The notes beneath the pieces are model-generated. The model did not search any database. It was given only the letters and a program-made list of their open reading frames with translations, and was not told where the DNA came from. From Octopus sinensis (Eukaryota), in contig NC_043001.1 of assembly GCF_006345805.1 (NCBI RefSeq), positions 22,382,001-22,446,000 of the forward strand: DNA of 64,000 nucleotides, written 5' to 3'. Position 1 is the first letter of the stretch; each line of letters opens with the position of its first letter. Shown here piece by piece: positions 28,230 to 41,940 of the stretch. The translations under genes were made by a program, and so were the position numbers.

Positions 28230-30226
28230 TTAACTAATACATGGATGCCTGCTTTTTTCTGCCTCAAAGATTTTTACACACACACACACATGATTTTATC
28301 ACTTGAAGAAGGGGCTGAAATAATGGTATTTATTTACAAGCCCTATGAGACTGGTGAGCAAGATGTAGTTAATGTTCCACTTGAAAAACAGCTGCCAGTT
28401 GGAAGGAGAAAATTTACAGAGAATGAACAAAAAACTAGGTGTAGTGATAAGTGTAAGACCTGGAGTAGGGGGTGAATATGAATAATAAAAAGAAACACAT
28501 GTAGTGTATGCAGTTACATGCAAGGCAGACAGGAAATATGAAAGCTTTCTCTATAAGAGAAATGTTATGGTTGAGAAATGGAGAAAAGGAAGATTATTTA
28601 AAAGTTAGTAGAACCCTTTTGGCAAGGAACCAAAAGGACTGGGTGCAGTTTAAGAGACAGGAAAGATTCCATGCTATATAATGCATGGAATTATCCTTTG
28701 CAATTTTCATGATAACCTTGTGACATCTCTTTACTCTCTTTTACTTGTTTCAGTCATTTGACTGCAGCCATGCTGGAGCACCGCCTTTAGTCGAACAAAT
28801 TGACCCTGGGACTTATTCTTTGTAAGCCCAGTACTTATTCTATCGGTCTCTTTTGGCGAACCGCTAAGTGACGGGGACGTAAACACACAAGCATCAGTTG
28901 TCAAGCAATGCTAGGGGGACAAACACAGACACACAAACATACACACACACACATATATATACATATATACGACAGGTTTCTTTCAGTTTCCACCTACCAA
29001 ATCCACTCACAAGGCTTTGGTCGGCCTGAGGCTATAGTAGAAGACACTTGCCCAAGATGCCACGCAGTGGGACTGAACCCGGAACCATGTGGTTGGTAAG
29101 CAAGCTACTTACCACACAGTCACTCCTGAGCCTATATCATGTACCAATGTCAAAAGATTGCTGATTGTTGTTATTGTTAACCTCCAGATCAGCCCTGATA
29201 GGAAATCTCTTACAAAGACTTCACTGTTATGATTTTTACGGTTTGATTTTTTCCTGTGCATGACATTCCAAACCTCATTATTTATTGTATTTTTTATTTT
29301 TAGTCACCTCCCCACTCCTTCATTGATGCAAGAAGCATTAACACTATAAATAAAAGCAGTAAATTGATCCAATTTGGAGGAGTGATTGACTTCTGCAAGA
29401 AATATAATATGTTATTTGTCTGAACTGCTATAGTTACAGCCAGGAGTGAACCACTTGAGGGAACCTGTGACTACATATAGGATGTGTAGAGACATGTCTA
29501 AGAGGATGGTATTAGTCATTTACCTAGTTGTGTCTGATAAGCCAGTGGTGAAGCTCCTACACTACCAAGATTTGTTAACATTGAACTGGTGGAGCTGCAG
29601 TCAGTAATATGATCTGAAGTATCATAGGGTCAAGTGGAGGCGCGTGGCTTAGTGGTCAGGGTGTTGAACTGATGATCATAAGGTTGTGGTTTCGATTCCT
29701 GGTCTAGGCGATAACGTTGTGTTCTTGAGCAAAACACTTCATCTCATGTTGCTCTAGTCCACTCAGCTGGCAAAAATGAGTAATCCTGCGACGGACCGGC
29801 GTCCCATCCAGGTGGTGAATTTGTACGCTACTGAAACCGGGAAACCGGCCCTTATGATCCTGGCATGGCTCGAGAAGGAACATTTATTGTATATCATAGG
29901 GTCTGGTGGGTAGGTACGACATCGAATAGTATGCAGATATATGGTAAGTAGTTGTAACAAGGTAATAATCAAACAATCTGATAGGTGCAGAGTTGGTGAA
30001 AAAGGGACCAAGAGTGCTTGCAGTGTTTGTGTTGGTTAAGTATCATGTAAGGGACGAAACTAGATTATATAGAGAGTTCAGGATTACAAAAGAATTGCTC
30101 TCTGCACTGGCAAAATCAAAAAGGGATAAGTATATGAAGAGGAGAGCCAAGAAGAATTCTTGTGAATTCTGATCTCATGGAGGATGATGATTTCAGGCAG
30201 GAAAGAAGTTAGACATCTAGCTAAAT

Positions 30227-30854
30227 CAGTGGTTCTTGACCATTTTTTGCCTGTGAACCCATATGATTCCTGTTTTACTCTACTGCCCCACCAGCTTTTT
30301 GAAGTTTTAAAAAGTCCCATTATATTTTTATAATTAAATACTATTCCGTTATTCTTTTGTTTGTTTCAGTCATTTGACTGTGGCCATGCTGGAGCACTGT
30401 CTTTAGTTGAGCAAATCAACACCAGAACTTATACTTTGTAAGCCGAGTACTTATTCTATCGGTCACTTTTGCCAAACCGCTAAGTTACAGGGATGTAGAC
30501 ACACCAGCATTGATTGTCAAGCAATGTTGGGGGAGACAAACATACACACATACGACGGGCTTCTTTCAGTTTCTGTCTACCAAATCCACTCACAAGGCTT
30601 TGGTTGGCCCGAGGCTATAGTAGAAGACACTTGCCCAAGATGCCACACAGTGGGACTGAACCCGGAACCATGTGGTTGTTAAGCAAGCTACTTACCACAC
30701 AGCCACTCCTACGCCTATTAGGGATTGTATAAAAAAAATTGTTAAAATATTTTGTGTATTGTAAAAGTACAACTGATTTATTGCACATAAATTTTAATAA
30801 CTAAATTTCATACAAACCCCCAAGGGTCAGATGGACCCCAGTTGAGAACCACTG
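30227..30854. mobile_element. hAT (Charlie-like) MITE with nested SINE A
   Basis: TIRs CAGTGGTTCTTGAC / GTTGAGAACCACTG; 8-bp TSD agctaaat/agttacat; same family as 52902-53516 in opposite orientation. Confidence 0.78.
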
Positions 30855-30949
30855 AGTTACATGTTAGATGTCTTTGATGAGGCAAGAGATGTGGTCAAAG
30901 AGTGGTACTAGTTGGAAGAGTTTGAAAAATGACAAGGAAAACAGAGGTA

Positions 30950-31504
30950 AAAGGGTGAGTCAAAAAGTAATGCCATTTTGTTTAGGACAGGTATAATTAC
31001 CAACACAGGAACATGTATCATACATCAAAATGAAGCTGGTCCTCTGTGGAGCACATCCCTGCTTTTCAACATAGTCATTGTTTCTGTCAATAGCAATGTT
31101 CCACCTTCGAATGAGAGCATTTATCCCTGCCCCGTAAAATTCTGTTGACTGTTCTTTTAGCCACTTCTTCACTCCAGTTTTCACTTCCTCATCACTCGAA
31201 TAATGTTTGCCTCTCAAACTCTCTTTCATGGCGCCAAAAAGATGATAGTCTGAAGGTGCTAAACCTGGTGAGTGTGGAGGTGGTGAAGAAGTGGCTCAAA
31301 GAACAGCCAACAGAATTTTACAGGCAGGGATACATGCTCTCATTCAAAGGCGGAACATTGCTATTGAGAGGAACAGTGACTATGTTGAGAAGTAGGGATG
31401 TGATCCACAGAGGACGAGCTTCATTTTGATGTATGATACATGTTCCTGTGTTGGTAACTATACCTGTCGTAAACAAAATGGCATTACTTTTTGACTTACC
31501 CTCA
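30950..31504. mobile_element. Mariner derivative made of two inverted 3' ends
   Basis: TIRs AGGGTGAGTCAAAAAGTAATGCCATTTTGTT, TA flanks; mariner C-terminus LRGKHYSSDEEVKTGVKKWLKEQSTEFY...RW...YVEK on the minus strand, with a second copy on the plus strand. Confidence 0.85.
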
Positions 31505-33033
31505 TATTTGTAGGAGTGGAAGCAACAGACTTAGGAAATATTGATTGCTGACATCCAGGTGAAAGGGAGAGCCTACATATGTACAGACACCACCTTTCAG
31601 AGTGAAATTTGAATACAGAGTGTCAGAGAGAAACAGGATATGCATTTGTGTTAGTTTTGTGATGTGTAGATCTAGGTTAAACTAGGAGTTCGTTTGAATT
31701 TTTGACATCTCTACCTCTTTGGCGAACTGGCAGAAACGTTAGCACGCCAGGTGAAATGCGTAGCCGTATTTTGTCAGTCGTTACATTCCATGTTCAAATT
31801 CCGCCAAGGTCAACTTTGCCTTTCATCCTTTCAGGGCCGATAAATTAAGTACCAGTTAAGCACTGGGGTCAATGTAATTGACTTAATCCCTTTGTCTGTC
31901 CTTGTTTGTCCCCTCTGTGTTTAGCCCCTTGTAGGTAGTAAAGAAATATATATTGAGAACTCCCCTATTCATGAAAACTAACATGTGCGTCCATGTCCTT
32001 TGGTTTCGGCAACTCTTTTGACATAGATTACTAAAATTAGTTATTTTGATTTACTGAACTTTTAAATATTGCAGCCATAAGTTCTCAGGGTAGCCATGAT
32101 ATATACAAATAATTTTCTTTTTGTACAAGCAGTTCAATGAAAAAATAAATGCATTTTATTGCTCCTATAAATACTGTAACTGGTAAACACGTCAATGTAA
32201 AGGTGTGGATACGTCTTTAAAAGAAATACCATGGATAATGAGGTTTTGAATGCCCTGCATAAGAACAGGAAAAGAGTCATAACAGAAAAGTCTTTGTAAC
32301 AGATTAAGTCTTATCTAGAGGTAAATAACAACAATGAGCAGTCTTTCGACACTGGTGCACGACGTCATTCACCTATGCAACCTTCCCTCACGACAATATA
32401 TTTAACTTGATGATATATATATATATATATATCATCATCATCATCTTTTTAATGTCTGTTTTCCATGCTAGCATGGATTGGACGATTTGACTGAGGACTG
32501 GCGAACCAGATGGCTGAGCCAGGCTCCAATCTGATCTGGCAGAGTTTCTACAGCTGGATGCCTTTCCTAATGCCAACCACTCCGAGAGTGTAGAGGGTGC
32601 TTTTACATGCCACCTGTACGAGGGCCAGTCTGTCAGTACTGGCAACGACCTCACTCGAAATGGTGTTTTTTAAGTGCCACCTGCACAGGAGCCAGTCCAG
32701 TGGTACTGGCAACGACCTCGCTCGAATATTTTGTTCACATGCCACCAGCACAAGTGCCAGTGAGGCGACGCTGGTAACGATCACGCTCAAATGGTGCTTT
32801 TTACGTTCCCACTGGCACGGAAGCCAGACAGCTGCTCTGGCAGTGATCCCGCTCAGATGGAGCTGTTAGCGCTCCATTGGCACGGGTGCCTGTCATCGAA
32901 TTTTGTTCAATGTCGATTTCACATATGTGTGTGTGTGTGCGTGTATAATATTTAAAAAGCTAATAACTGAAATGAGAGCACTTTTTTAAGTTTTGAAAGA
33001 AATATTTTGTAAGTGATAATTGTTACGTTAAAT

Positions 33034-33252
33034 CAGTGGTTTTCAACCAGGGTTCCACGGAACCTTAGGGTTCCGCCAGTACAGCCCAGGTGTTCCGCAA
33101 GAAGTTACAAAGCTGCTAAAATCGGCAGTAGTTTTTAATTCTCCTGTGCAGATATGTGTGCATAAGATTATTAAATTATTGTACAGGGGTTTCTCGAGCC
33201 AGTGGAATGTTTCCTTGGGGTTCCGCTCCAGCAAAAAGGTTGAAAAGCACTG
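33034..33252. mobile_element. hAT MITE
   Basis: TIRs CAGTGGTTTTCAACC / GGTTGAAAAGCACTG; perfect 8-bp TSD CGTTAAAT. Confidence 0.9.
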
Positions 33253-33466
33253 CGTTAAATAGATGCATAATTAAACCATTTTCAGAGTCCCTTTGATGGG
33301 AATGCAACATTTACTAGCTCTATTATTTTCATTGCTTCTCTTTCGATATTGGTCTACAAAGTGTCGGTATGAGGAGACAACGTAATTCAGTCTCTTTTGC
33401 AGCAGTGTCTAGCCTTTTCATCTATGTCGTATACCAATATCGATATATTGCTAAATAATATTTCAG

Positions 33467-34163
33467 GGCATTCTTTCGATATAACTCGACAAAATCAAAA
33501 CATTTCACTTCGGGTATCTCCGTGGAAGCAAATGACAGTTCGATTCTGTTTTCTGTTTGGAAATTTGCGGATTTTACATACACACACATGAAACAGGTAA
33601 GAACAAATATGCAAGGCTTTTTTTTCTTAAAGTTTAAAATGAGACATTGCCGGGATCTTTTCGGTTTGAACGGCAGTTTTTTTCTAGCGGTGTCATATGA
33701 AATTGTCACCCATAATTATGACCCTAATATCGATCTATTGCATTTCAATCTATTTTAGGGTTAGGGGTGGGAGGAAGGGTATCTTATTTTCTTCAGAAAT
33801 GTAAATAACCCCAATCTGTTTCTTAAACGAGGGACATATTCATACGGCACAGAATGTTTTCACCTCAATAGACGTCATTGATTGGTTGAAATTGCAGAAA
33901 TTGAAGAAAAAAAAATATCTTACAAACTATAGAATTTTCTCAATAAAGCCAAGAGAAAACGATGTTTTATAAACACATTCTGTCAGTATACGAAGTTTTA
34001 AAGTGTTTATTTACGTGGAAATTATTTTAAAAAACTGCCGGTCAAACCGAAAAGATCCCATTGCTGGCATAATTTCGTTATATCTAGGATCTATACCTCA
34101 CAACCCATGGAAATACCTGGAGTGAAATGTTTTGATTTTGTCGAGTTATATCGAAGGAATGCC
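33467..34163. mobile_element. Merlin-like MITE (host element)
   Basis: TIRs of about 60 bp starting GGCATTCTTTCGATATAACTCG; perfect 8-bp TSD TATTTCAG. Confidence 0.8.
33653..34058. mobile_element. Merlin-like MITE nested in the previous one
   Basis: TIRs GGATCTTTTCGGTTTGAACGGCAGTTTT; 8-bp TSD cattgccg/cattgctg. Confidence 0.82.
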
Positions 34164-34704
34164 TATTTCAGAATAGTCACATACTGAAAGAGAGTGTGTG
34201 TGTGTGTGTGGGCGTGCGTGTTTACAACCCAAGACGAAGTAAAAACTTTGAGTTTCGACTTCAGATATGCCGATTGAAATGTAATCTGTTTACCAGGAGA
34301 TTCTACAAATTATATGCAGAATGCTATGCCATGAATGTATATTCCTTGAACTTAAATTATCGACAACAGAACACTGCTGATACAATGTATGACCACATTA
34401 ACCACAGAAGACTATTCAATCATACGAGAACTATATAAACACAACAGCGCAAATCCATAGTACTGTTTGTTGCATATTCCGATATAGTATGTTTCGTGCA
34501 TTCCACGATCTTAAATTATTTGAAACAATAATAATAGATCTGTAATAAACATTAAATCAAGAGTTGTAATTAGGTTTTCTTTCACATGGCTTCCGACTTA
34601 GTCACACACTTAATTACTAATCCTGGTGGAAATTAAACGAAGTAAATATAAGGATAACACCACACAAATCTTAAAACAATCAATGGCGACATATACATAC
34701 GTAT

Positions 34705-34718
34705 ATACAGACATACAT

Positions 34719-34762
<44 letters not shown>

Positions 34763-35860
34763 CATACATACACACACATATATATATACATACATATATA
34801 CATATGATTTTGATTTTGATTTTCCAGTTTCAGCTAATGAGCTGTGGCCATGCTGGGGCACCGCCATTTATATATATATACATATATACATATATATATA
34901 TATACATACATATATACATATATATATACATACATACATATATACATATATATATACATACATACATATATACATATATATATACATACATACATACATA
35001 TATATATACATACATACATATATACATATATATATATATACATACATATATACATATATATATATACATACATATATACATATATATATACATATATATA
35101 TATACATACATATATACATATATATATACATATATATATATATACACACATATATATATATATATACATATATATATACACATACATACACATATATATA
35201 TACATACATATATATATATATATACACATATATATATGCACATATATATATATACACATGCATATGTATATATATACACACATACATATATATATAGACG
35301 CATACATATATTGACACATATATATACACACACACACATATATATACACCTAAATACACACACACACACATATATATACACACATATATATACACACACA
35401 TACATACATATAGATGTACATACACACACATACATACATATAGATAGATATATACACACATATACATACATACATATAGATATATATACACCTACATACA
35501 TATAGATATATACACATATACATACATATACATACACATATATATACACATACACACACACATATATATATACACACATATATGGATACATATAAATATA
35601 CATACATATATACATAGATATATATAAACATACATACATATATACATAGATATATATATATAAACATTGGGCCTGATGAAGCCTTCTGGCTTCACAGACC
35701 CCAGTAGAACCGTCCAACCCATGCTAGCATGGAAAGCGGACGCTAAATGATGATGATATATATACACACACACACACATATAGATATGCATACACATACA
35801 TATAGATATACATACATATATATATACATATACATATACATACGTATATGTGTATGTATG
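34705..35860. repeat. Compound (TA)n/(TACA)n/(CA)n microsatellite field
   Basis: Low-complexity sequence; source of the Y/I/H/T-rich pseudo-ORFs. Confidence 0.95.
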
Positions 35861-36383
35861 TACTCAATAAAATCTTTTATTTCATCTAATTTATTAATAC
35901 TGTTACCTCAACTACCACTTAGAAGTTCCTGTAATAAATCTATGGATAACAACAGGTAATCCAAACTGAGCCAATGCTTTACTCATCATCTACTAATATA
36001 TTTTGTATAATTTCTGCTTACCAATCACATGGTTCCGGGTTCAGTCTCACTGCGTGACACGTTGGGAAAGTGTCTTCTATTATAGCCTTGGACCGACCAA
36101 AACCTTGTGAGTGGATTTGGTAGACGGAAACTGAAAGAAGCCTATAGTATATATATGTGTGTGTGTGTATGCATGTGCCTGCGTTTATCGCTCATCCATC
36201 GCTTGACAACCGATATGCTGGTGTATTTACGTCCTCGTAATGTAGCGGTTCGGCAAAACAGACCGATAGATTAAGTACTAGACTTACAAATAAGTCCTGG
36301 GGCCGATTTGTTCGATTTAAGGCAGTACTCCAGCATGGCTGCAGTCAAATGACTGAAACAGGTAAAAGAATAAAAGAACATAT

Positions 36384-36438
<55 letters not shown>

Positions 36439-37109
36439 CATGCGTAAACACACACACATATATATATATATATGCGCACATACATATGTATACATAGATT
36501 CATGTTTATACACACACACAGCTGACGTCTCCATTCAGTTGCTTTTGCACGTTCTGAGTTCAAATCCTGCCGAGATCATCACCTCCGACAGGTTGATAAA
36601 ATAATGTACAAGTCGTAGTGTAATATTTTTATAGAACATCCTAGATGCGAACGAAGACAAAAAGCGAAAATGGAAGTAGTCTATACATGTGTATAGTATA
36701 CGTGTGTGTGTGCCGTCTAAGAGTCCATAAGTATATTAATCGAAGTATATACAGTGTTATATGGTCAAACTAAAGGGTCTATTATATATCCATTATGACC
36801 ATTATGGATATATAATAGTGTACACTTCCAGATAGATGGATAGATAGATACATACATGCATGTCCAGTACGCCCGTAATTGATATATAATACTGTACATT
36901 TCGATGGATATATAGATAACGTAATGTTTGTTTGTTTTTTTACCTAGTGTTATAATTAATACAATTTAACATTAAACTGAAGGATTTACTCAATACTTTT
37001 TGTAGACAATATATTTATTATATATTTACAAAAATAGTGGAGACAGACCACTTTTCTTGTAAATGTATTGTGCGTGATGTATGCATATACACAAATTTCC
37101 AGTCGGGTT

Positions 37110-37170
<61 letters not shown>

Positions 37171-39396
37171 TGTACACACACATAATATTTATGTGACAAT
37201 GTGCCTGTCAAAATATAAATTCAGATCTTTCATTACATACAACCAATACAAATAAGGTGTATTTTGTCAATATCATTTGTGATCGTTCTTCTAATAACAA
37301 TGTATTTAATATATGAAAATCTATTCTCTGAGTCAACAGAGGATATTTCACACTGGGAATATTTAATTAACAGGAGTCACCTAAGTATCCAATTTCATAA
37401 CTGAAAAAGCAACGGGGAAAACTTTTGCGTTTTTCGTTGGCATTTGCAGATGTACTCAACCGTAAATATAATATAATATAATATATATATATATAGATAG
37501 ATAGATTGGTAAAACGGTAAGATAACAAAAGAAAGAAAGAGACCTCAATATTATGTAAATAGAGGAAAGATAGCCAAATAACCGAAGAGATGTCGTGGAT
37601 TCCCACTTCGGCATCTGAAACTCAGAGTTTTATCTTGACTATCGAGTAATGTAACATATTATTTTATAGATATAGATATATATATATATAATGTATGTAT
37701 GTATGTGTCTTTACACCCATGGTGTGATTTCTCAAATACACGGCTATAAGGAGATGTGGGGGGGAAATAGATAATACAATGAAGTATAACAAATGCATGC
37801 AAGGATATATTACTTACATAGCGAAGAGAGTTGATCTGAATAAAATCTCAGTCACAAGGCGAAAATATAAAACACACACACACACTCGTACATGAGAAGA
37901 AAAAAAAAGATTACAGATGCTCCCCTAATCTGTTCCAAACATCGTTTAACCAATGCAAATGAATCCCTTGTTATTGAATGAGATGCTGTTTAAAAATTAT
38001 CGTCGTTTTTAATTTCTTGTCAGAATTTAGAGTGCAATAGATTTTCCGCGTGAAACAGATGTGAGTAGAGCCAAAATGTAATGTGAGTTTTACCTTGCAT
38101 GATGCTGTGATAACTTGTAAAAACTATCATCCCGTCTTCAACTTGGTGTACTCCTCATCACCGACGGAGCTGAACGTCGCGAAACAACGGTTGACAGTTG
38201 TAGTTGTTGGCACATGCGCAGAAAGTAAACCGGAAATAAACTACCAAAACTTTACACTCCTTAATAGTTAAAATTCGCATTAGCATTAGCTTATTTAATG
38301 TAATTAGCTTCAAAACGCCTAATTAGAAATGCTTGCATGAGATGAGGAGAAGATAACATTAACAAAACTTAATTGCTAAATATTATTTTAAGCATTTCTG
38401 CAAATACGTGTCACAGGCCTGGGTATATTTCAGTCTTATTAGACCTCGTCAGCGAAGCATAAGGCCTCAATGTATTAGCAGCCAAATAATGAGGGAACCA
38501 ATGTATGGATGTGCAATGCCGTGTATGAGTAGACGCGAAAATTAGCATATTAGCATACTTGAGATGAATTACTCAGATGATAGTATGATGTCACACGGTG
38601 TATTGGCCCTCCAGTTATTAATGCCGGGCATCAGCAATTTCTCCCTCTCCCCCGTGTCTCTCATTCACTCTATTACTTCGTCTCTCTCTCTCTCTCTCTT
38701 TCACACATTCTCTCTCGCTCTCTCTCTTTCACACATTCTCTCTCGCTCTTCCCCCTGTTCGTTTGACATGTGTATCAAACGCAATTGGCTTCAATAATAC
38801 TTTACCATATTTGAACTTAACACTAACAGATCACTCAGCCAAATCTTGAATGCGTGTGATTTTTATTATTATTACTTGACAATGGTGCTTGGCAATCTAT
38901 ACGTTTTGAATTCAAATTCCGTCGAGGTAGACTTTACCTTTCATCCCTTCATGATTGATGAAACAAGTACCTATTTCTTTATTACCCACAAGGGGCTAAA
39001 AACAGAGTGGACAAACAAGGACGGACAAATGGATTAGGTCGACATTATCGATCCAGTGCGTAACTGGTACTTATTTAATCGACCCCGAAAGGATGAAAAG
39101 CAAAGTCGACCTCGGCGGAATTTGAACTCAGAACGTACCGGCAGACGAAATACGGCTACGCATTTCGCCCGGCGTGCTAACCGTTCTGCCAGCTCGCCGC
39201 CTTGCAACAAGTACCAGTTGAGCACAGGGGTCGACGTAATTTCAGGTCTTATGCCTGTTGTAGAAAAGATTGTTATTATCTTTTATCTTTAGAAACGCAT
39301 ATATCCAATTAATCCTGTTAAACACTGCTTGCCGCAAGTTATTACCTGCAAAACTGCGTACTTTTTCGTTTTCAGGAACCTATGAAAATGCAAGTG

Positions 39397-40056
39397 CAGA
39401 ATTACCTCGCTTTACGAGGGTCCGCTTTACGAGACCCGGGTTTACGAGTCTTATTTTTCAGCTCACTTTTGTATGGTGAGCTGAAAATTTTTGAAGCACA
39501 AGAACCAAATTCTGAACGAAGGGCACAAGATTCTGCTACCATAACAAATACTTCTGCATGTTACCGAGAAATTTATCGAGAACGAAAAAAGCTTTTTCTA
39601 AGTAAACAACTCTAGACTTATTTCGTTTTGGGATTTGGTTTGCAAGATTCTTTGTGTGAGTTCGTGTGTTGAAGCATATTCTGTTGTGTCTGAGAACTCT
39701 AGACTTGTTTTTTAAAAAGAAATTTATAAGTCCGTCCACAAGTGCTTTTGAATCGGCGATAGCATCTACAAGGGGTGTGCGCCAGTCTAGTGCGAGGGAA
39801 AGTGATTCGGAAAACGATTACCATTTTATTATAAATGATTCTTTTAATTTACATTCTACTGTTGTTTTATTGCCATTTATTTACGAGTATTATAAATTTA
39901 ATAGATAAAATGTTTTTTTAAGAACGAATTACAATTTATATCATTGCTACTACGGGAAATTATTGCTCTGCTTTACGAAGTATGTGAAATTATTGCTCTG
40001 TTTTCCAGTTTCCTCTTTACGAGCGGCAAATTAACTCGTATATCGAGGCATTACTG
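39397..40056. mobile_element. Tigger/pogo-like non-autonomous element
   Basis: Ends CAGAATTACCTCGCTTTACGAG and CTCGTATATCGAGGCATTACTG|TA; internal TTTACGAG repeats. Confidence 0.65.
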
Positions 40057-40449
40057 TATTTATCTTATCTTATCACATGTGGAGGTTTTAAGTATTTAAA
40101 AAAAAATGAAAGTGCTTGCGAGGTGGATGGGGGAATAAATAGAATAGTAGAGACGAAGAAGGATGTTTTACAAGGAAATAATTGTCTCCAGTACTTGCTT
40201 ATCTTCTAAAAAGTATCCGGTACACTTAGTTAATAATCATGCTTTGTTTACGCTGATTAGGAATGCTATCAGTATATTTTGATGGAACCAACTTTAATGA
40301 CAACTTCACACTAGATGCTTTTATAATAGCGAGGCGGTCCTCTGTAGTTCATTAGTTTTTTTTTCTTTCTATTCATTAGCTTTCGTTCCTCAGTAATTTC
40401 ATTTTGTAGGGAAAAAAACTTTCGGTGAAAACTGGAGACGAAAAATATT

Positions 40450-40845
40450 GGATCTTTTCGGTTTGAACGGCAGTTTTTTTCTAGCGGTGTCATGTGAAAT
40501 TGTCACCCATAATTATGACCCTAGTATCGATCTATTGCATTTCAATCTGTTTTAGGGTTAGGGTTAGGGGTGGGAGAAAGGTATTTTTTTTCTTCTGAAA
40601 TGTAAATAAACCCAATCTGTTTCTTAAACAAGGGACATTTTCACCTCAACAGACGTCAATGATTGGTTGAAATTGCAGAAATTGCAGGAAAAAAACAACA
40701 AATATCTTACAAACTATAGAATTTTCTCAATAAAGCCAAGAGAAAAAGATGTTTTATAAACACATTCTACCAGTATACGAAGTTTAAAAGTGTTTAGTTA
40801 CGTGGAAATTATTTTTAAAAACTGCCGTTCAAACCAAAAAGATCC
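40450..40845. mobile_element. Merlin-like MITE (second copy of the 33653 family)
   Basis: Same TIRs; perfect 8-bp TSD AAAATATT. Confidence 0.85.
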
Positions 40846-41201
40846 AAAATATTTAACACCCATGGGTTTTCCACTGGTACCACTAGTACGTAAATAGTGA
40901 TTTCAAATTTTGGAACAAAGCCAGCAATTTTGGGTGAGGACGTAAGTCGATTACATCCATCCCAGTGTTTAATTGTTACTTATTTTATCAACTCCGAAAG
41001 GCTGAAATGTAAAGTAGACGTACGAAATGCCGCTAAGCATGTTGTCTGGCTTAGTAACGATTCTGCTCGCCGCCTTCCAGTGTGTAAATATTACCTATCC
41101 TGTGTACATTTTTTGATAAGTAATATTGCGTTACTTTGAATCGATAGCTGATAATGTAGAAAGGTAGGTTATCTTTTATGAAAAACCAAATTAACCTGTT
41201 C

Positions 41202-41326
41202 GATCACAAAAGTACACCTCCCAAAATTACTGCAGAGCCTAATGACCACCTCGAGAACCCAGTTTCCACAAAAACTGTTCGCCGAGAGCTGCACGAAGCC
41301 AGATATCACGGGAGGGCTGCAATCAG
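41202..41326 (+). mobile_element. Internal fragment of the Tc1 family seen at 732-1935
   Basis: Aligns by eye to about 1141-1265. Confidence 0.8.
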
Positions 41327-41940
41327 TTAAGGATTGGCGTTAAAGATAAAGTAAGGTGTATAAGAAAATATAGTGTCTAAGAACATAGTATACAAAGATA
41401 ACCAAGAAGATAAAAGAGAGCAGGAGAAAGTAAAGGAAGATAACGAAAAAAAAAAAAATAGAGTAAAATGAAAGAAATTTAAAGAGAATAGTAGGTGCCA
41501 GTGACATTCTTCTCGTCTATAGGGGTTGGAGAGGAAATCTAGTAGCAAATACTTGTGTCCATTCTGGCTAAGGTCAGTGGCTGTTGAGTTATTTTTAGCA
41601 ATGGGGTTATGGGTGTGTTGGTAGTTGTGAATGGAGAAACTAGTTGAATGTTAAATTATTTAAGAGTAGGAGTTAGAATTAAATATTAGGGGATTTAACC
41701 TACATGGATTCCTGCAGGATTGAACTCCGAGACTTATGGATTTATTTCTACAAGAACTGTGAACTTTTATGCTTCTTTTTCATCTCTTTATTCCTGTCCT
41801 CTATGTCGTAGTTTCATAAATCTATACCCTTCTCATTTTCCCTATTTGTCTCTGATGATGGAATATCCCATTCTCTGGGATATCCCAGAAACAGCTGTAA
41901 GACTTCGATTTTTTTTCCAATAATAATAACGTATATAACT
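41327..41940 (+). mobile_element. Penelope-like element 3' fragment
   Basis: TWIPAGLNSE resembles the GIY-YIG C-terminal PxGLN motif (near 41701-41730) and is followed by a minimal hammerhead, the typical PLE arrangement. Confidence 0.65.
41848..41903 (+). ncRNA. Minimal type I hammerhead ribozyme
   Basis: Stem I GTCT/AGAC; core CTGATGA (41852-41858); 12-bp stem II with one mismatch; GAAA; palindromic CAGCTG; GUA cleavage triplet ending at 41899. Confidence 0.85.

Noticed and set aside
33760-33772. TTAGGG telomere-like units (also 40552-40567 and 23612-23622)
   Set aside because: Only two to three units, mostly internal to a MITE; not an interstitial telomere array.
35674-35700. CTGATGA followed by a small hairpin (hammerhead-like)
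   Set aside because: No GAAA or cleavage triplet; chance variant inside an RTE-UTR copy.
34626-35797. ORFs of 100-295 aa rich in Y/I/H/T or M/Y/V/C
   Set aside because: Translations of the (TA)n/(TACA)n microsatellite.
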